NCBI GenBank assembly: GCA_965225915.1
Contig: OZ245326.1
Location: 3,393,439-3,457,438, forward strand
From: a bacterium
Lineage (GTDB): Bacteria > JAAXHH01
Direction: 5' to 3'
DNA length: 64,000 nucleotides
Every line of letters begins with the position of its first letter. Within the stretch, counting starts at the first letter, position 1. The position numbers and the translations under genes were made by a program. The notes under the pieces are model-generated. The model saw nothing but the letters and a program-made list of their open reading frames with translations, was not told the origin of the DNA and did no database searches. Shown piece after piece: positions 19,437 through 29,802 of the stretch.

Positions 19437-20303
19437 ATGCAATTCGGCGTGAGTTCATACAGCTATAGCAGACTGGTGCGCAGCGGCGAGATGACGGAAT
19501 TCGACGTGATCCGTAAGACGGCGGAACTTGGATTCGACGTAATCGAATTCTCATCTTTGCACCTGCCGGAGGGAGAAACGCCGGCGAGTTTCGCCCCGGC
19601 CGTACGCGAGGCGTGCGGCGAGGCCGGCCTGCCTATTGCCAATTACACGGTTGGGGCGGATTTCATCAACGGCAGCGGGGGAAACTGGAGGGACGAGGTT
19701 GAGCGGGTGAAGGACGAGGTGCGTATCGCTCACCTGCTCGGCGCACCCGGTATGCGCCACGACGCTACCCGTGGATTTCCAAGTGGTCATCGCGGCGGAC
19801 GTTCATTCGAGGACGCCCTTGCCGTTCTCATTCCGGCGATCCGCGCCGTAACAGAGTTCGCGGCGGACCTGGGCGTCCGGACTATGGTAGAGAACCACGG
19901 CCAGTTCTGCCAGGATAGCGACCGGCTGGAGAAACTGGTCAACGGCGTGAATCACGAGAATTTCGGCATACTCATCGACATGGGCAACTTCCTGTGCGTG
20001 GATGAACCGCCGGACACCGCCGTTGGACGCCTGATCCCCTATGCCTTCCATGTCCACGCCAAGGACTTCCTTACCAAGACGGGCACAGCGCCAGACCCCG
20101 GCGAGGGCTGGTTCCGGACACGGGGAGGCAACTATCTCAAGGGCGCCATCGTGGGGCATGGCGAAGTACCTCTGGCATCCTGCCTGGACGTCGTTTCGAG
20201 ACACGGATACGATGGCGTGCTTTCCATCGAATTCGAAGGGTTCGAACACCCCATCGACGGCGTTCGTATCGGGTTCGACAACCTCAAGCGCTACCTGGGA
20301 TAA
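19437..20303 (+). CDS. sugar phosphate isomerase/epimerase (xylose-isomerase-like TIM barrel)
   Basis: 288 aa with AP_endonuc_2/IolE-IolI-like sequence (VENHGQF, HVHAKD). Confidence 0.8.
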   Translation: MQFGVSSYSYSRLVRSGEMTEFDVIRKTAELGFDVIEFSSLHLPEGETPASFAPAVREACGEAGLPIANYTVGADFINGSGGNWRDEVERVKDEVRIAHLLGAPGMRHDATRGFPSGHRGGRSFEDALAVLIPAIRAVTEFAADLGVRTMVENHGQFCQDSDRLEKLVNGVNHENFGILIDMGNFLCVDEPPDTAVGRLIPYAFHVHAKDFLTKTGTAPDPGEGWFRTRGGNYLKGAIVGHGEVPLASCLDVVSRHGYDGVLSIEFEGFEHPIDGVRIGFDNLKRYLG

Positions 20304-20312
20304 CCGTTTGCC

Positions 20313-21341
20313 TTACTCAAGGTGAACGACCTGGCCCGTCTCCATGGATTCGTTTGCCGCAAGAGTGACGGCGAGGCTGTTGACCACGTCGCCGTAAGCC
20401 GACCTGATCAGCGACGGATTCCCCTCTTCGATGGCCTGTAGGAAGAGTTCGTTCTCGAGTTGGTAGGGGTTGTTCCGGCCCGGATACTTCACCGTTTCGT
20501 TCTCCCGTTCGACGACCAGGCTTCTTCCTTCGATTTTGACCGTAATCCCGCGGGCAATGACCTGCAGTCCGGTCCCATAGCCCTGCTCGGCGACACACGA
20601 AGAAAGTATGGTGGCCACGGCGCCGCTTTCAAACGTGAGTGATACGGTGCTGGCGTCCTCTACATCGTAGTTGGGCAGATCCTGCATCAGTCCCGCGTTC
20701 CCTGCGGCATAAACGCTGACGACATCCCCCATGAGGTATCGCGCGCAGTCGTACACGTGCGTGGTCTGCTCCACGATTTGTCCGCCCGATTTGGATTTCA
20801 CGCGCCACCATGGAGAGCCGGGCGTGTTCCCTATCCAGTAGCCGAGGGCCAGGGCGGGCCGTATGCCGGACAGCAGCTCCCGCGCCTTTTCCGTAACGTC
20901 CAGGTACCGCCAGTTGTACCCGACGCAGGAAAGGATCCCGCTTTCTTCAACGCGCGCCGCAATGTCCCGTGCAATTCCCATGTCCAGCGCCTGAGGCTTC
21001 TCGACGAAAAGGTGGAGGTTTCTCTCCAGTACGGCGGATTCGGGATCACCGTGGGCAAAGGGAGGAAGGCAGACGTACACGGCATCAAGCTGCTCACTGT
21101 CCAGCATTTCGCGGTAGTCGGCGTACGCGCGTCCGCCGCATTTGTCCGCGGCCGCCTGGGCCCGCTCGATCAACAGATCAGAAAACGCCACGAGTTCAGC
21201 CCGCTCGATATCGGGCAGAAGACTCAAGTGCATGCCCGCGATTCCACCCGTTCCTATGAAACCTATACGAACGCCCATTCGCAGTCCTCCAAGTGACGCG
21301 ATGTGTGAATCGTTCGATGACCGGGCATTCCATCCGCCCAT
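20313..21341 (-). CDS. Gfo/Idh/MocA family oxidoreductase
   Basis: 342 aa. Rossmann N-terminus IGFIGTGGIAGMH and the EKP motif. Confidence 0.85.
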   Translation of the reverse strand: MGGWNARSSNDSHIASLGGLRMGVRIGFIGTGGIAGMHLSLLPDIERAELVAFSDLLIERAQAAADKCGGRAYADYREMLDSEQLDAVYVCLPPFAHGDPESAVLERNLHLFVEKPQALDMGIARDIAARVEESGILSCVGYNWRYLDVTEKARELLSGIRPALALGYWIGNTPGSPWWRVKSKSGGQIVEQTTHVYDCARYLMGDVVSVYAAGNAGLMQDLPNYDVEDASTVSLTFESGAVATILSSCVAEQGYGTGLQVIARGITVKIEGRSLVVERENETVKYPGRNNPYQLENELFLQAIEEGNPSLIRSAYGDVVNSLAVTLAANESMETGQVVHLE

Positions 21342-21354
21342 TCATCCAGAATAG

Positions 21355-23109
21355 CTAGTGCTCCCGCTTGACGACAATCATCGTAGTATCGTCGTCCTGG
21401 CGTCCGTTACCCACGAAGGCGCGCCACACATCGATCAAATGATCCCGTATTTCCTCGACAGGACAAGAATGACAGTCCTTGATGGCTTGCTCAAGCCGGT
21501 CTATGCCGAATATCTCGTCCCTGTCGTTGGACTTCTCGATAAGGCCATCCGTATACAGGACCACGACATCGCCTTCGCCCAGGTACACCCGGCCGTCGTC
21601 GAAACTCGCGTCCTCGAATGAACCCACGATCAGCCCTCCGGTGTAGAGGTTTACGGTCTCACCGGACTTTCGGCACAGCAGCGGAGGTGGATGGCCGGCA
21701 TTGCAATACAGAAAGGTATTTTCCTGCATGTTCGCGATTCCGTAGAATAGGGTCGCGAATCGATCGGCCGACGTGACTTCGTACAACACTTCATTGACGT
21801 GGCCGATCACGTAACTCGGCAGGTATACGTAGTAATTGGCGTATTCGTGAAAAGACGTGTAAAGCGACGCCATGGTCAACGCCGCGGGTATGCCCTTGCC
21901 GACCACGTCTCCCACGGCTACGCCCAACTGCTTGTCGGAAAAGGGGATGAAATCGTAGAAGTCTCCCCCGACCTCCCTGCTCGGTTCGCTGAACACGGCC
22001 AGGGACAGACCGGGCACGTCGGGCAAGGCCCGTGGCAACAGAGCCCGCTGTATCTCTCCGGCGACTTCCAACTCCCGGTCCAGCAATCGGCTACGACGGG
22101 CGTCGTCGAAGAGCCGGGCATTCTGTATGGCGATACTCGCTTGGGAGGCAAAGGCTTCGAGCAGGGACTGACTCTCCTCGTTGTAGGCATTGACCCGGTC
22201 GTTTTCTATGTTGAAGACCCCGATGACCTGGGCGCCGGACAGCAGGGGCACGGCCATTTCAGATTTCGTCCCGTGACGGTGCGGCACGTATCGGTCGTCC
22301 CTGGATACATCGGGCACGATGATCGCCTTTCCGGTTTCGGCCGCGGAACCGCTTATGCCTTCGCCCATTTTGAGGTTGATCGTATCCATATCGGTCGAAT
22401 AGCCCCTGATGGTGCGTTCGACCACCGCGTCATGGTCTTCATCCAAAAGGAAGATGGCTGCCGCGTCATAGGGAACCACGGTTTGCAGGGCGTCAATGAT
22501 CAGGTTCAACACCTCGTTCAGGTCCAGCGAACTGCTGATCTTCTTGCCAACCTCGTACAATGCGGTCCGATGCAGCATTTCCTTCCGGGCCAGCTTGAAA
22601 TGAAGTAGACGGGTGACCGCGTACCCCGCATGGCGCGCCAGGGATATGGTCACTTCCAGCCTTTCGGCGTCGAATTCGGCTTGGTCCGAAGCCATGATCG
22701 CGAGCATGACGCTATGAAACCGGTCATCGATCTGGTGGTGAAACAGCACGGCGTGGCCGGTATGGGATCCCTGGTCGGCCATGGTGCTCACGGGCCAGTC
22801 CATCTGGCGTATGTCGTCAATCAACCGTGTACTCGGCTGGGGCCGCAGCCAGGTCAGCAATTCTCCTACATCCCGGGACGCAACAGATTGGGTAAAACCG
22901 CAGTTTGACGTTTCGAAGACGATCCGGTTCGAGACGTAGTCCACCATGAAAAACCGGCACACTTCGGCGCCCGACAACTCCATGGACATTTCTTCAATGA
23001 CGGCGGACAGGTCGGCTTCTCCCGTAGCGGCCGTCATGCGGGTCAAACCCTCGACGACCCTGTGCCACAGGATATCCGAGCGTGCTTCGACTAAAGATGA
23101 TTCTAGCAT
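21355..23109 (-). CDS. GAF-domain PP2C (SpoIIE/RsbU-type) serine/threonine phosphatase
   Basis: 584 aa with a central GAF region. C-terminal PP2C motifs GGDFYDF, VGDVVGKGIPAA, LYTDGLIE. Confidence 0.8.
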   Translation of the reverse strand: MLESSLVEARSDILWHRVVEGLTRMTAATGEADLSAVIEEMSMELSGAEVCRFFMVDYVSNRIVFETSNCGFTQSVASRDVGELLTWLRPQPSTRLIDDIRQMDWPVSTMADQGSHTGHAVLFHHQIDDRFHSVMLAIMASDQAEFDAERLEVTISLARHAGYAVTRLLHFKLARKEMLHRTALYEVGKKISSSLDLNEVLNLIIDALQTVVPYDAAAIFLLDEDHDAVVERTIRGYSTDMDTINLKMGEGISGSAAETGKAIIVPDVSRDDRYVPHRHGTKSEMAVPLLSGAQVIGVFNIENDRVNAYNEESQSLLEAFASQASIAIQNARLFDDARRSRLLDRELEVAGEIQRALLPRALPDVPGLSLAVFSEPSREVGGDFYDFIPFSDKQLGVAVGDVVGKGIPAALTMASLYTSFHEYANYYVYLPSYVIGHVNEVLYEVTSADRFATLFYGIANMQENTFLYCNAGHPPPLLCRKSGETVNLYTGGLIVGSFEDASFDDGRVYLGEGDVVVLYTDGLIEKSNDRDEIFGIDRLEQAIKDCHSCPVEEIRDHLIDVWRAFVGNGRQDDDTTMIVVKREH

Positions 23110-23136
23110 GGTATTTTGAAGACCGGGTGTCCTGCG

Positions 23137-24189
23137 CTAGCAGGCGGTTTCCGGATCGGTTCCACTTTTTCGGACGGGAAGTGTCGACCGAACCGAGCTG
23201 TCTGACAGTAAGGAGAAAGCCTGTTGCATATCATCGGGCACGGGTACCCTGAACGTGTGGATCAGTCCCGAGTAGGGATGGACAAACTCCAGCCTCGATG
23301 CATGCAGCGCCTGCCGCCGCAGGACATCCAGCATCATTCTCAATCCGGGACGGCGCTGGGGCGCAATACGCGCCAGCCACTTGACCCTGCCTCCGTAAAG
23401 GGGGTCTCCGATGATGGGATGACCTATATGGGCCAGGTGAACCCGGATCTGATGGGTGCGCCCGGTTTCCAACGCCAGGGAAAGTAACGTCCCGTCCTCC
23501 ATTGCGTCGCTCACCCGGAAATGGGTGACGGCCCTGCGACCGTGACCCGCCTCGACCACGGCCATCCGCTGCCTGTACCTTGGATGCCGTCCGATCGGGG
23601 CGTCGATCGAACCGGAAGTCTCCGCGGGACATCCCCAGACCAGGCCCGTATATCCGCGTTTGATGCGGCGCTCGGCCAGCTGGCGGGAAAGAAACGCGTG
23701 GGCGTCTTCACGTTTCGCCACGATGATCAGGCCGGATGTTTCCTTGTCCAACCGGTGTACAATGCCCGGCCTGACGGGATCTTCGAAATTTTTCAGGTGC
23801 TCGCAGTGGTGCAAAAGCGCGTTTACCAACGTCGACCTGGTATGGCCGCAAGCGGGATGTACGACCATACCTGCCGCCTTGTTCACGACCAGGAGCGCCT
23901 CGTCTTCGTAGACAATATCCAACGGAATGGATTCCGGTTCGATATTGGAAGGAGGGGGCGCTGGCACGACAACGGTGACTATGTCGCCTTCGGACACCTT
24001 GTGACTGCTCTTTTCGACGACAATCGCATTTACCGAAACCGCGCCTTCCCGAATCCACCGCTGGATTCGGGACCTTGTGACGGGCAGGTCCGTTTCCGCA
24101 AGATATTGATCCAGGCGCCTCAGCGACTGTTCGGAGGGCACCACGGTCTGGACGAAGGAACCCTCCCGTTCACCCGGAAGGCGCTTCAT
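23137..24189 (-). CDS. rluD: RluA-family 23S rRNA pseudouridine synthase (RluD-like)
   Basis: N-terminal S4 domain and catalytic motif HRLDKETSGLIIVAK. Confidence 0.85.
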   Translation of the reverse strand: MKRLPGEREGSFVQTVVPSEQSLRRLDQYLAETDLPVTRSRIQRWIREGAVSVNAIVVEKSSHKVSEGDIVTVVVPAPPPSNIEPESIPLDIVYEDEALLVVNKAAGMVVHPACGHTRSTLVNALLHHCEHLKNFEDPVRPGIVHRLDKETSGLIIVAKREDAHAFLSRQLAERRIKRGYTGLVWGCPAETSGSIDAPIGRHPRYRQRMAVVEAGHGRRAVTHFRVSDAMEDGTLLSLALETGRTHQIRVHLAHIGHPIIGDPLYGGRVKWLARIAPQRRPGLRMMLDVLRRQALHASRLEFVHPYSGLIHTFRVPVPDDMQQAFSLLSDSSVRSTLPVRKSGTDPETAC

Positions 24190-24664
24190 CGTTCATGATC
24201 CGGCTTATGGCGGACAGTCGAGTGAAGAGCACGATAATTCCGATGGTTACGGCGGAGTCCGCCACGTTGAAAACGGGCCATCGGTACGCTCCTACACCTA
24301 TATCGATGAAATCCGTCACCTCGCCGTAGAGCACGCGATCGACCAGGTTCCCGAACGCGCCTCCCAGTATGATCATCATGGCGTACCGCCCCCATCTCTC
24401 GGTGGGCGGAAGTTTGACGAGGTAATAGATCATCACGATACAGGCAATGATCGACAGAACCAGATAGAGCCAGCGGCCGCCGATCGTTATTCCGAAAGCG
24501 GCGCCGGGATTTCGAATGTGCGTCAACTGGACCACATCCCCCAGGAGGGGATAGGACAGGTGCAGCGTCATCCACTGCTGAACGGCGATCTTCGTAATCT
24601 GGTCCAGGATCAGGATACCTGCGCAGACGACGATCGACTTTGTTAATGGGTGCTGTCCAATAAT
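24170..24664 (-). CDS. lspA: lipoprotein signal peptidase II
   Basis: NPGAAFG, FGNLVDR and FNVADS motifs. The ORF track starts at an internal Met (24571). The in-frame extension ...IIGQHPLTKSIVVCAGILILDQITK is typical LspA N-terminus but has no ATG/GTG/TTG, so I place the start at ATT 24664. That start is uncertain. Confidence 0.8.
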   Translation of the reverse strand: MIGQHPLTKSIVVCAGILILDQITKIAVQQWMTLHLSYPLLGDVVQLTHIRNPGAAFGITIGGRWLYLVLSIIACIVMIYYLVKLPPTERWGRYAMMIILGGAFGNLVDRVLYGEVTDFIDIGVGAYRWPVFNVADSAVTIGIIVLFTRLSAISRIMNDEAPSG

Positions 24665-24665
24665 G

Positions 24666-25052
24666 TTAGATCAAACCTCGCTCTTCCTTGGATTTACATT
24701 CTATGCACATCCGGGCATGGGGAACGGCCTCGAGGCGGGTCTTGCCGATTTCACCATTGCATGCGTAACAGCTACCGTAGGCGCCGTTCTTAATGCGTTC
24801 CAGGGCTTCGTCGATATGAAAAAGGAACCTGCCTTCGCGTGAAGCCAGGTCATAGGCCTGTTCCTGCTCCATGGATTCGGTGCCCTGGTCCGCCGGGTGT
24901 TCCGAAAAGGGATAACTGCCCGCAACATCACGGGCCTTGGAGTTAATCATCTTTTCCCCGAAATACCCCAGTTCATGCAACAGCGTTTCGCGTTTTTCGA
25001 GCAAGAGCTTTTCGAATCGCTTCAAATTTTCACCCGTCATCCATACCTCCAC
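24666..25052 (-). CDS. TraR/DksA-family C4 zinc-finger regulator (YlyA-like)
   Basis: CYACNGEI...CIECKSK zinc finger. Its position immediately upstream of lspA-rluD matches the Bacillus ylyA-lspA-ylyB arrangement. Confidence 0.8.
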   Translation of the reverse strand: MEVWMTGENLKRFEKLLLEKRETLLHELGYFGEKMINSKARDVAGSYPFSEHPADQGTESMEQEQAYDLASREGRFLFHIDEALERIKNGAYGSCYACNGEIGKTRLEAVPHARMCIECKSKEERGLI

Positions 25053-25791
25053 GACAATGCAGACATTGATTGATTAGTTCCGTCAATCGACCGTAATCCA
25101 CGCCGAGCGCGGGTTTCGGCAAACATACATCAGATCCGTCGTTGGGCCAAACTTTTTCAACGATACCCACCGCGGCGACCGGCAAGCCGCAGTGTACTGC
25201 CGAAATCACTTCATCCAACAACCCTCCACCAGCTACATCTACCCCCGCCTGTGCCCACGCACTGAGGTTTTCCCCGGTCCAGGACCGCCCAATCCGTCCG
25301 TACACAGCCCTTTGGGGGGACATACCCATCGATACGGCGGCTCGCTCGAGGCTGAGCGACCAACGGGCGTCATAGGGTTCGTTCATATTGGGGTACCTCG
25401 GGCCCAGTCGATCGTCGTTCGATCCCCGGAGCGGATTCTCGCCGGTGCAATTGATATGATCCTCAATGATCACGCAAGATCCCGCTCCGAGTTCCCCAAC
25501 CAGGGATGAACATCCAACTGCTATAATCAAACCCTCGGACCGCAACGTCCCCAGGACACGCACCGCATCGATTCTGCGTTCCAGGTCCATGCCCGTATTC
25601 AGGTATAGCACCTGTGTCGGACCGGTTCGATACACCGATTCGAAGGGTGCCCAGGATGCCGGTGAATCGATCTCCTTCCACGGAAACGCGTTCGAAGATT
25701 CGACGGGAAGCATAAGGCCGACGATCCTGCAACCCTGCAGCCGTTCTCCCACCCGGCTGGCCAACTTCGAGATTCTATCGTACGTCATCAT
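25030..25791 (-). CDS. purine nucleoside phosphorylase / MTAP family protein
   Basis: GSCVIIEDHINCTGENPLRGSNDDRLGPRYPNMNEPYD resembles the PNP/MTAP family-2 active-site region. Confidence 0.6.
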   Translation of the reverse strand: MMTYDRISKLASRVGERLQGCRIVGLMLPVESSNAFPWKEIDSPASWAPFESVYRTGPTQVLYLNTGMDLERRIDAVRVLGTLRSEGLIIAVGCSSLVGELGAGSCVIIEDHINCTGENPLRGSNDDRLGPRYPNMNEPYDARWSLSLERAAVSMGMSPQRAVYGRIGRSWTGENLSAWAQAGVDVAGGGLLDEVISAVHCGLPVAAVGIVEKVWPNDGSDVCLPKPALGVDYGRLTELINQCLHCRGGMDDG

Positions 25792-25850
25792 GATCGTACC
25801 TGTACGCCGACAGAATGTAGTATGTCAGTTTCGATCAGTGGGAACCCCGG

Positions 25851-26345
25851 TCAAATCGCCTGACCCGTAGTTGCCGTGTCTTCGATTTCGCCCGTCATGC
25901 TCCGCATCGAGCTAAGCTGTTCCTGGTGGGATTCCAGCAGGATTCTGAATTTAACCTCGTAGTTTTTTCTCAAGGTGGTGAGTTCCCGAAGCTCTCGCTT
26001 GATTTCGGTAACCTGGCTGTTCGCGTCGGCTATCCATCGGTCCGCCTGGTTTTCCGCTTCCTTCAATACGTTTTCCGCTTCTTTCATGGCATTGGCCTTC
26101 ATGTCATGAATGACCCGCTGCGCGGAGACCAGCGCGTCTTCCAGGAGTTTTCGCCTCCTGCCGATATCTGTCAGTTCGCCTTCCATCTCCGCAACCTTCC
26201 CGCGCAGTGTTTGGTTTTCCCTGGCGAGCGTATCGAACGCGCTGGCGGTCGAATTCAGAAACGCCTCCACTTCATCCATGTCATAACCGCTTACCCAACG
26301 CGACCTGAATTTCTGACTCCGTATTTCTTCCGGACTCATGTCCAT
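25851..26345 (-). CDS. divIVA: DivIVA domain protein
   Basis: N-terminus M(D)MSPEEIRSQKFRSRWVSGYDMDEVEAFL followed by coiled-coil. I take the start at the second Met rather than the ORF-track start at 26369. Confidence 0.8.
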   Translation of the reverse strand: MDMSPEEIRSQKFRSRWVSGYDMDEVEAFLNSTASAFDTLARENQTLRGKVAEMEGELTDIGRRRKLLEDALVSAQRVIHDMKANAMKEAENVLKEAENQADRWIADANSQVTEIKRELRELTTLRKNYEVKFRILLESHQEQLSSMRSMTGEIEDTATTGQAI

Positions 26346-26377
26346 GAAATCACCTCGTTTCGGGCACACTCCTGCCG

Positions 26378-27202
26378 TTAAATCTGAAGCAACAGTGGCA
26401 GGAGACTCACCTGGATAAACCTGAGTATCAGGATAGCTATCAGTGGTGAAAAATCGATGCCGTACGTAGACGGCAGTATTCTTCGTATGGGCGTCAGAAT
26501 GGGATCACTGTACAGGATGAGCATCTGAAAGAGCGCGTTGCCCGTATCCGGGTTGAAAAACGAGAGCACCGCGCGCACGAGTATCACGATGAAAAGCACG
26601 TCGAAAACAAAGTCGATCAGGTAGACGATGCTCTCCTGGATCATTCTGAACAAAGGCTGGTCAGGCTGGGCGAACAGCGCTTCGAACTGGTACAGTGCCA
26701 GGGCATGAACAACGCCTAACACCAAAATCCCCAGTAGTGCGGATATGTCCGCCCGTCCTATTCGGTGACCTGTAACACGACGGATGGGGCCGAGGAACAT
26801 GTGGGCGATATTGTGCATCATGTGTCCCGACTGGCTGAATGCGAAAGGAGATTCAATGGAGATGAAAAACGCGCCGAGGAACAGGATGGCCAGTACCCGC
26901 ACGACAAAATCGAACACGTCCAGCAAACCGGAGAGGATAGAGACCGGCATAGGGACGCCCGAAATTACGGTGGCGAGGAACCCGCGAACAACCACGAGGG
27001 CGAGTATGGCAAACAGGGGCGACCAGTCGAAACGCGGTTCGCCTCGCATGATGATTTGCCGGATGGGCCGAAGTACAGGCTCTGTCGCCGTATAAAGGCC
27101 CCGTTGGATAGGATTCTCGCTGAACGGGCTCGCCGCGGGCATGAAGAGCCGCAGGCCGAACGCCAGCATGTAAATATGTATTAGGAACTCGATCAATCCC
27201 AT
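26378..27202 (-). CDS. yggT: YggT family membrane protein (two YGGT repeats)
   Basis: 274 aa. It lies between yggS and divIVA, the conserved tail of the cell-division cluster. Confidence 0.75.
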   Translation of the reverse strand: MGLIEFLIHIYMLAFGLRLFMPAASPFSENPIQRGLYTATEPVLRPIRQIIMRGEPRFDWSPLFAILALVVVRGFLATVISGVPMPVSILSGLLDVFDFVVRVLAILFLGAFFISIESPFAFSQSGHMMHNIAHMFLGPIRRVTGHRIGRADISALLGILVLGVVHALALYQFEALFAQPDQPLFRMIQESIVYLIDFVFDVLFIVILVRAVLSFFNPDTGNALFQMLILYSDPILTPIRRILPSTYGIDFSPLIAILILRFIQVSLLPLLLQI

Positions 27203-27239
27203 GTTGGATCCCTGTTTTCACTTCGGAAATATGCGGCAT

Positions 27240-27929
27240 TCACGCCTGGCGGGCGCCGAAAATGGCCGTTCCGACGCGAACCATATCCGCGCCTTCTTCA
27301 ATGGCGGCCTCGAAGTCATGGGACATGCCCATGGACAGTACGTTCATACCAACGTCGGCGATACCGGCGGAGGCTATGCGGTCCCTCGTTTCCCGAAGTA
27401 GCTGAAATGCCGGCCGGGCATCCTGCGGATCGGGCGTAAACGCCGGAATCGTCATCAGTCCCTTGACGGCCAACCGGGGCAGCGTGGACAGCTGTTCCGC
27501 GAGTTCCATCGCCCGGTCGGGTTCTACGCCCGCCTTCGTCTCTTCCGACGAGGTATTTACCTGGATCAACACGGGCATGGTCCTGCCCGTGTGCTGCAGC
27601 CGACGGTCCAGTTCCTGGCCAAGCGAAAACCGGTCGACTGAATGAATCATATCGAAAATCCGCACCGCGAACTTCGCCTTGTTCCGCTGCAACGGACCGA
27701 TCAGATGCCACGTGACTCCGTCGTCCGGTCGATGCTTCTCCAGCGCCTCCTGCACCCTGTTTTCCCCGAAATTCGTCACACCGGCCCGTCGAGCTTCTTC
27801 AATCATCGAGAGGGGCTTGGTTTTCGATACCACAATGAGGTGAATGGATGAGGCCTCGCGGCCGGCTCGTTCGGCAGCCCTGGATATACGGTCGTACACC
27901 TGGACCAGATTGTCGTTGATCGTGGACAA
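27240..27929 (-). CDS. yggS: YggS family pyridoxal-phosphate homeostasis protein
   Basis: LIVVSKTKP (PLP lysine), GENRVQE, GPLQRNKAK. Confidence 0.9.
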   Translation of the reverse strand: MSTINDNLVQVYDRISRAAERAGREASSIHLIVVSKTKPLSMIEEARRAGVTNFGENRVQEALEKHRPDDGVTWHLIGPLQRNKAKFAVRIFDMIHSVDRFSLGQELDRRLQHTGRTMPVLIQVNTSSEETKAGVEPDRAMELAEQLSTLPRLAVKGLMTIPAFTPDPQDARPAFQLLRETRDRIASAGIADVGMNVLSMGMSHDFEAAIEEGADMVRVGTAIFGARQA

Positions 27930-28112
27930 GAGATCAGCCTCACCGAAAAATTAGTTTTTTAATATATGTGACGCGGGACGGATTGGCAACATAAATCCTT
28001 CAGCGCTTTCATTGTAAAGGGAAACGAGGTTTTGCCCTTCTCGCCGACTGTATGAGACGTATACATGCCACGGAACGGGATGCTGGATTACCCCTTCCAT
28101 CGCATGCAGTCT

Positions 28113-29681
28113 ATGACTGTACTCGGTACGGAGGGTTGCGTGCTTTCTCGGGTTTCAAGCGGTGCCCTACACGGCATCGATGCCTTTCTTGTGGACGTGG
28201 AAACGCACATTACGAACGGCCTGCCTCATTTTTCAACCGTCGGGTTGCCCGACACCGCCGTAAGGGAGAGCAAGGATCGTGTTGAGGCGGCGATAAAGCA
28301 ATCCGGATATTCCTATCCCTACCGGCGAATTACCATCAACCTGGCGCCCGCGGATGTGCGCAAGGCAGGTTCGTCATTCGATCTGCCCATCGCCGTGGGG
28401 ATACTGGCCGCGTCGGCACAGTTACCGGGCCAGTCACTCGAAGATACGATCCTTCTGGGCGAATTGTCGCTGAATGGGGCGCTGCGTCCGATAAGAGGCG
28501 CGTTGCCGATCGCGCTTGCCGCACAGCGTCTGGGCGCGCGGCGGATTCTCCTGCCAGTAGAGAATGCGGAGGAGGCGGCGATGGCCCGAAACATCTGCGT
28601 GCATGGCGTGCCCTCTCTGGAATCGGCGGTACGTTTCCTGCAGGGCAGAGTTACCCTGAATCGGTTCCAGTGCGATGTGAACAAGCTTCTTACCGCCCGG
28701 GAGGAATCCCCCTTTGATTTCGCCGATGTCAAAGGGCAGGACCACGTTAAACGCGCCATTGAAGTGGCTGCCGCCGGTTCGCACAACCTGTTGCTTATCG
28801 GTCCACCGGGATCGGGCAAAACCATGCTCGCTCGCTGCGTACCTTCCATACTTCCCGATTTCACCCTCGAGGAAGCGCTGGAAACCACGAAGATCCATAG
28901 CGTGGCCGGAAAGATACCGCCCTTTACGCCCCTGGTCACCTCCAGGCCCTATCGTGCGCCGCATCACACCATCACCGACGCCGGGTTGATCGGCGGTGGG
29001 AGATATCCGAAACCCGGCGAGGTCTCTCTCGCCCACAACGGTGTGCTGTTCCTCGACGAAATCCCTGAATTCAGAAAGCATGTGCTCGAGCTACTGCGGC
29101 AACCCCTCGAAGAAGGTAAGGTAACCATTTCCCGGGCCGCCCGGTCCCTGACCTATCCCGCGCGATATACCCTGGTCGCTGCCATGAATCCTTGTCCGTG
29201 TGGATACTTCGGTGATCCACGTCATGAATGCACCTGCCTGCCCACCCAGATACAGCGTTACATGACCCGGATTTCGGGTCCGCTGCTCGATCGGATCGAC
29301 CTGCATATCGAGGTGCCTGCCGTTCCGTTCAAGGCCCTTAGCGACGGTTCGCGCGGCGAATCCTCCGAATGCATCCGGGTCCGGGTCAACCGGGCCAGGG
29401 AACGTCAGCTGCGACGTTTTAAGGACCATCCCTCTTCGTTCAGCAACGCCCACATGGAGCCCCGCGACCTCCGCCGGTTCTGCAGGATGGACCCCAGGGC
29501 CCAGGAATTGCTGCGAAGCGCAATCGCACGGCTGGGCCTGTCCGCCCGGGCCTACGATCGTATTCTAAAGGTCGCCAGGACCATCTCCGACATGGTCGGC
29601 GAGGACCGCATCAACGCGGAACACGTGAGCGAAGCGATACAGTATCGCACGCTGGACCGGGCCAGATGGCTGGAATCCTGA
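28113..29681 (+). CDS. comM: YifB/ComM family Mg-chelatase-like AAA+ ATPase
   Basis: N-terminal Lon-like region, Walker [10 protein letters not shown], the zinc-ribbon insert [15 protein letters not shown], and a C-terminal ChlI region. The start is ambiguous (28065, 28104, 28113, or GTG 28140). Confidence 0.9.
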   Translation: MTVLGTEGCVLSRVSSGALHGIDAFLVDVETHITNGLPHFSTVGLPDTAVRESKDRVEAAIKQSGYSYPYRRITINLAPADVRKAGSSFDLPIAVGILAASAQLPGQSLEDTILLGELSLNGALRPIRGALPIALAAQRLGARRILLPVENAEEAAMARNICVHGVPSLESAVRFLQGRVTLNRFQCDVNKLLTAREESPFDFADVKGQDHVKRAIEVAAAGSHNLLLIGPPGSGKTMLARCVPSILPDFTLEEALETTKIHSVAGKIPPFTPLVTSRPYRAPHHTITDAGLIGGGRYPKPGEVSLAHNGVLFLDEIPEFRKHVLELLRQPLEEGKVTISRAARSLTYPARYTLVAAMNPCPCGYFGDPRHECTCLPTQIQRYMTRISGPLLDRIDLHIEVPAVPFKALSDGSRGESSECIRVRVNRARERQLRRFKDHPSSFSNAHMEPRDLRRFCRMDPRAQELLRSAIARLGLSARAYDRILKVARTISDMVGEDRINAEHVSEAIQYRTLDRARWLES

Positions 29682-29802
29682 GCGCGAAGGACGTTGGCCA
29701 TAAACACCTTTGAATCCCTCAGGGTCCGTGATATAGTAATAACAGAAGAAACGCCATCGGAATTTTCCGGCTTATTGACGGAACTGCTGAGGGTTCGACA
29801 TC

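Noticed and set aside
19174-19442. ORFs 19174..19416 and 19194..19442 (minus strand) with repetitive peptide sequence.
   Set aside because: They are simply translations of the 19-bp tandem repeat array and have no independent coding signal.
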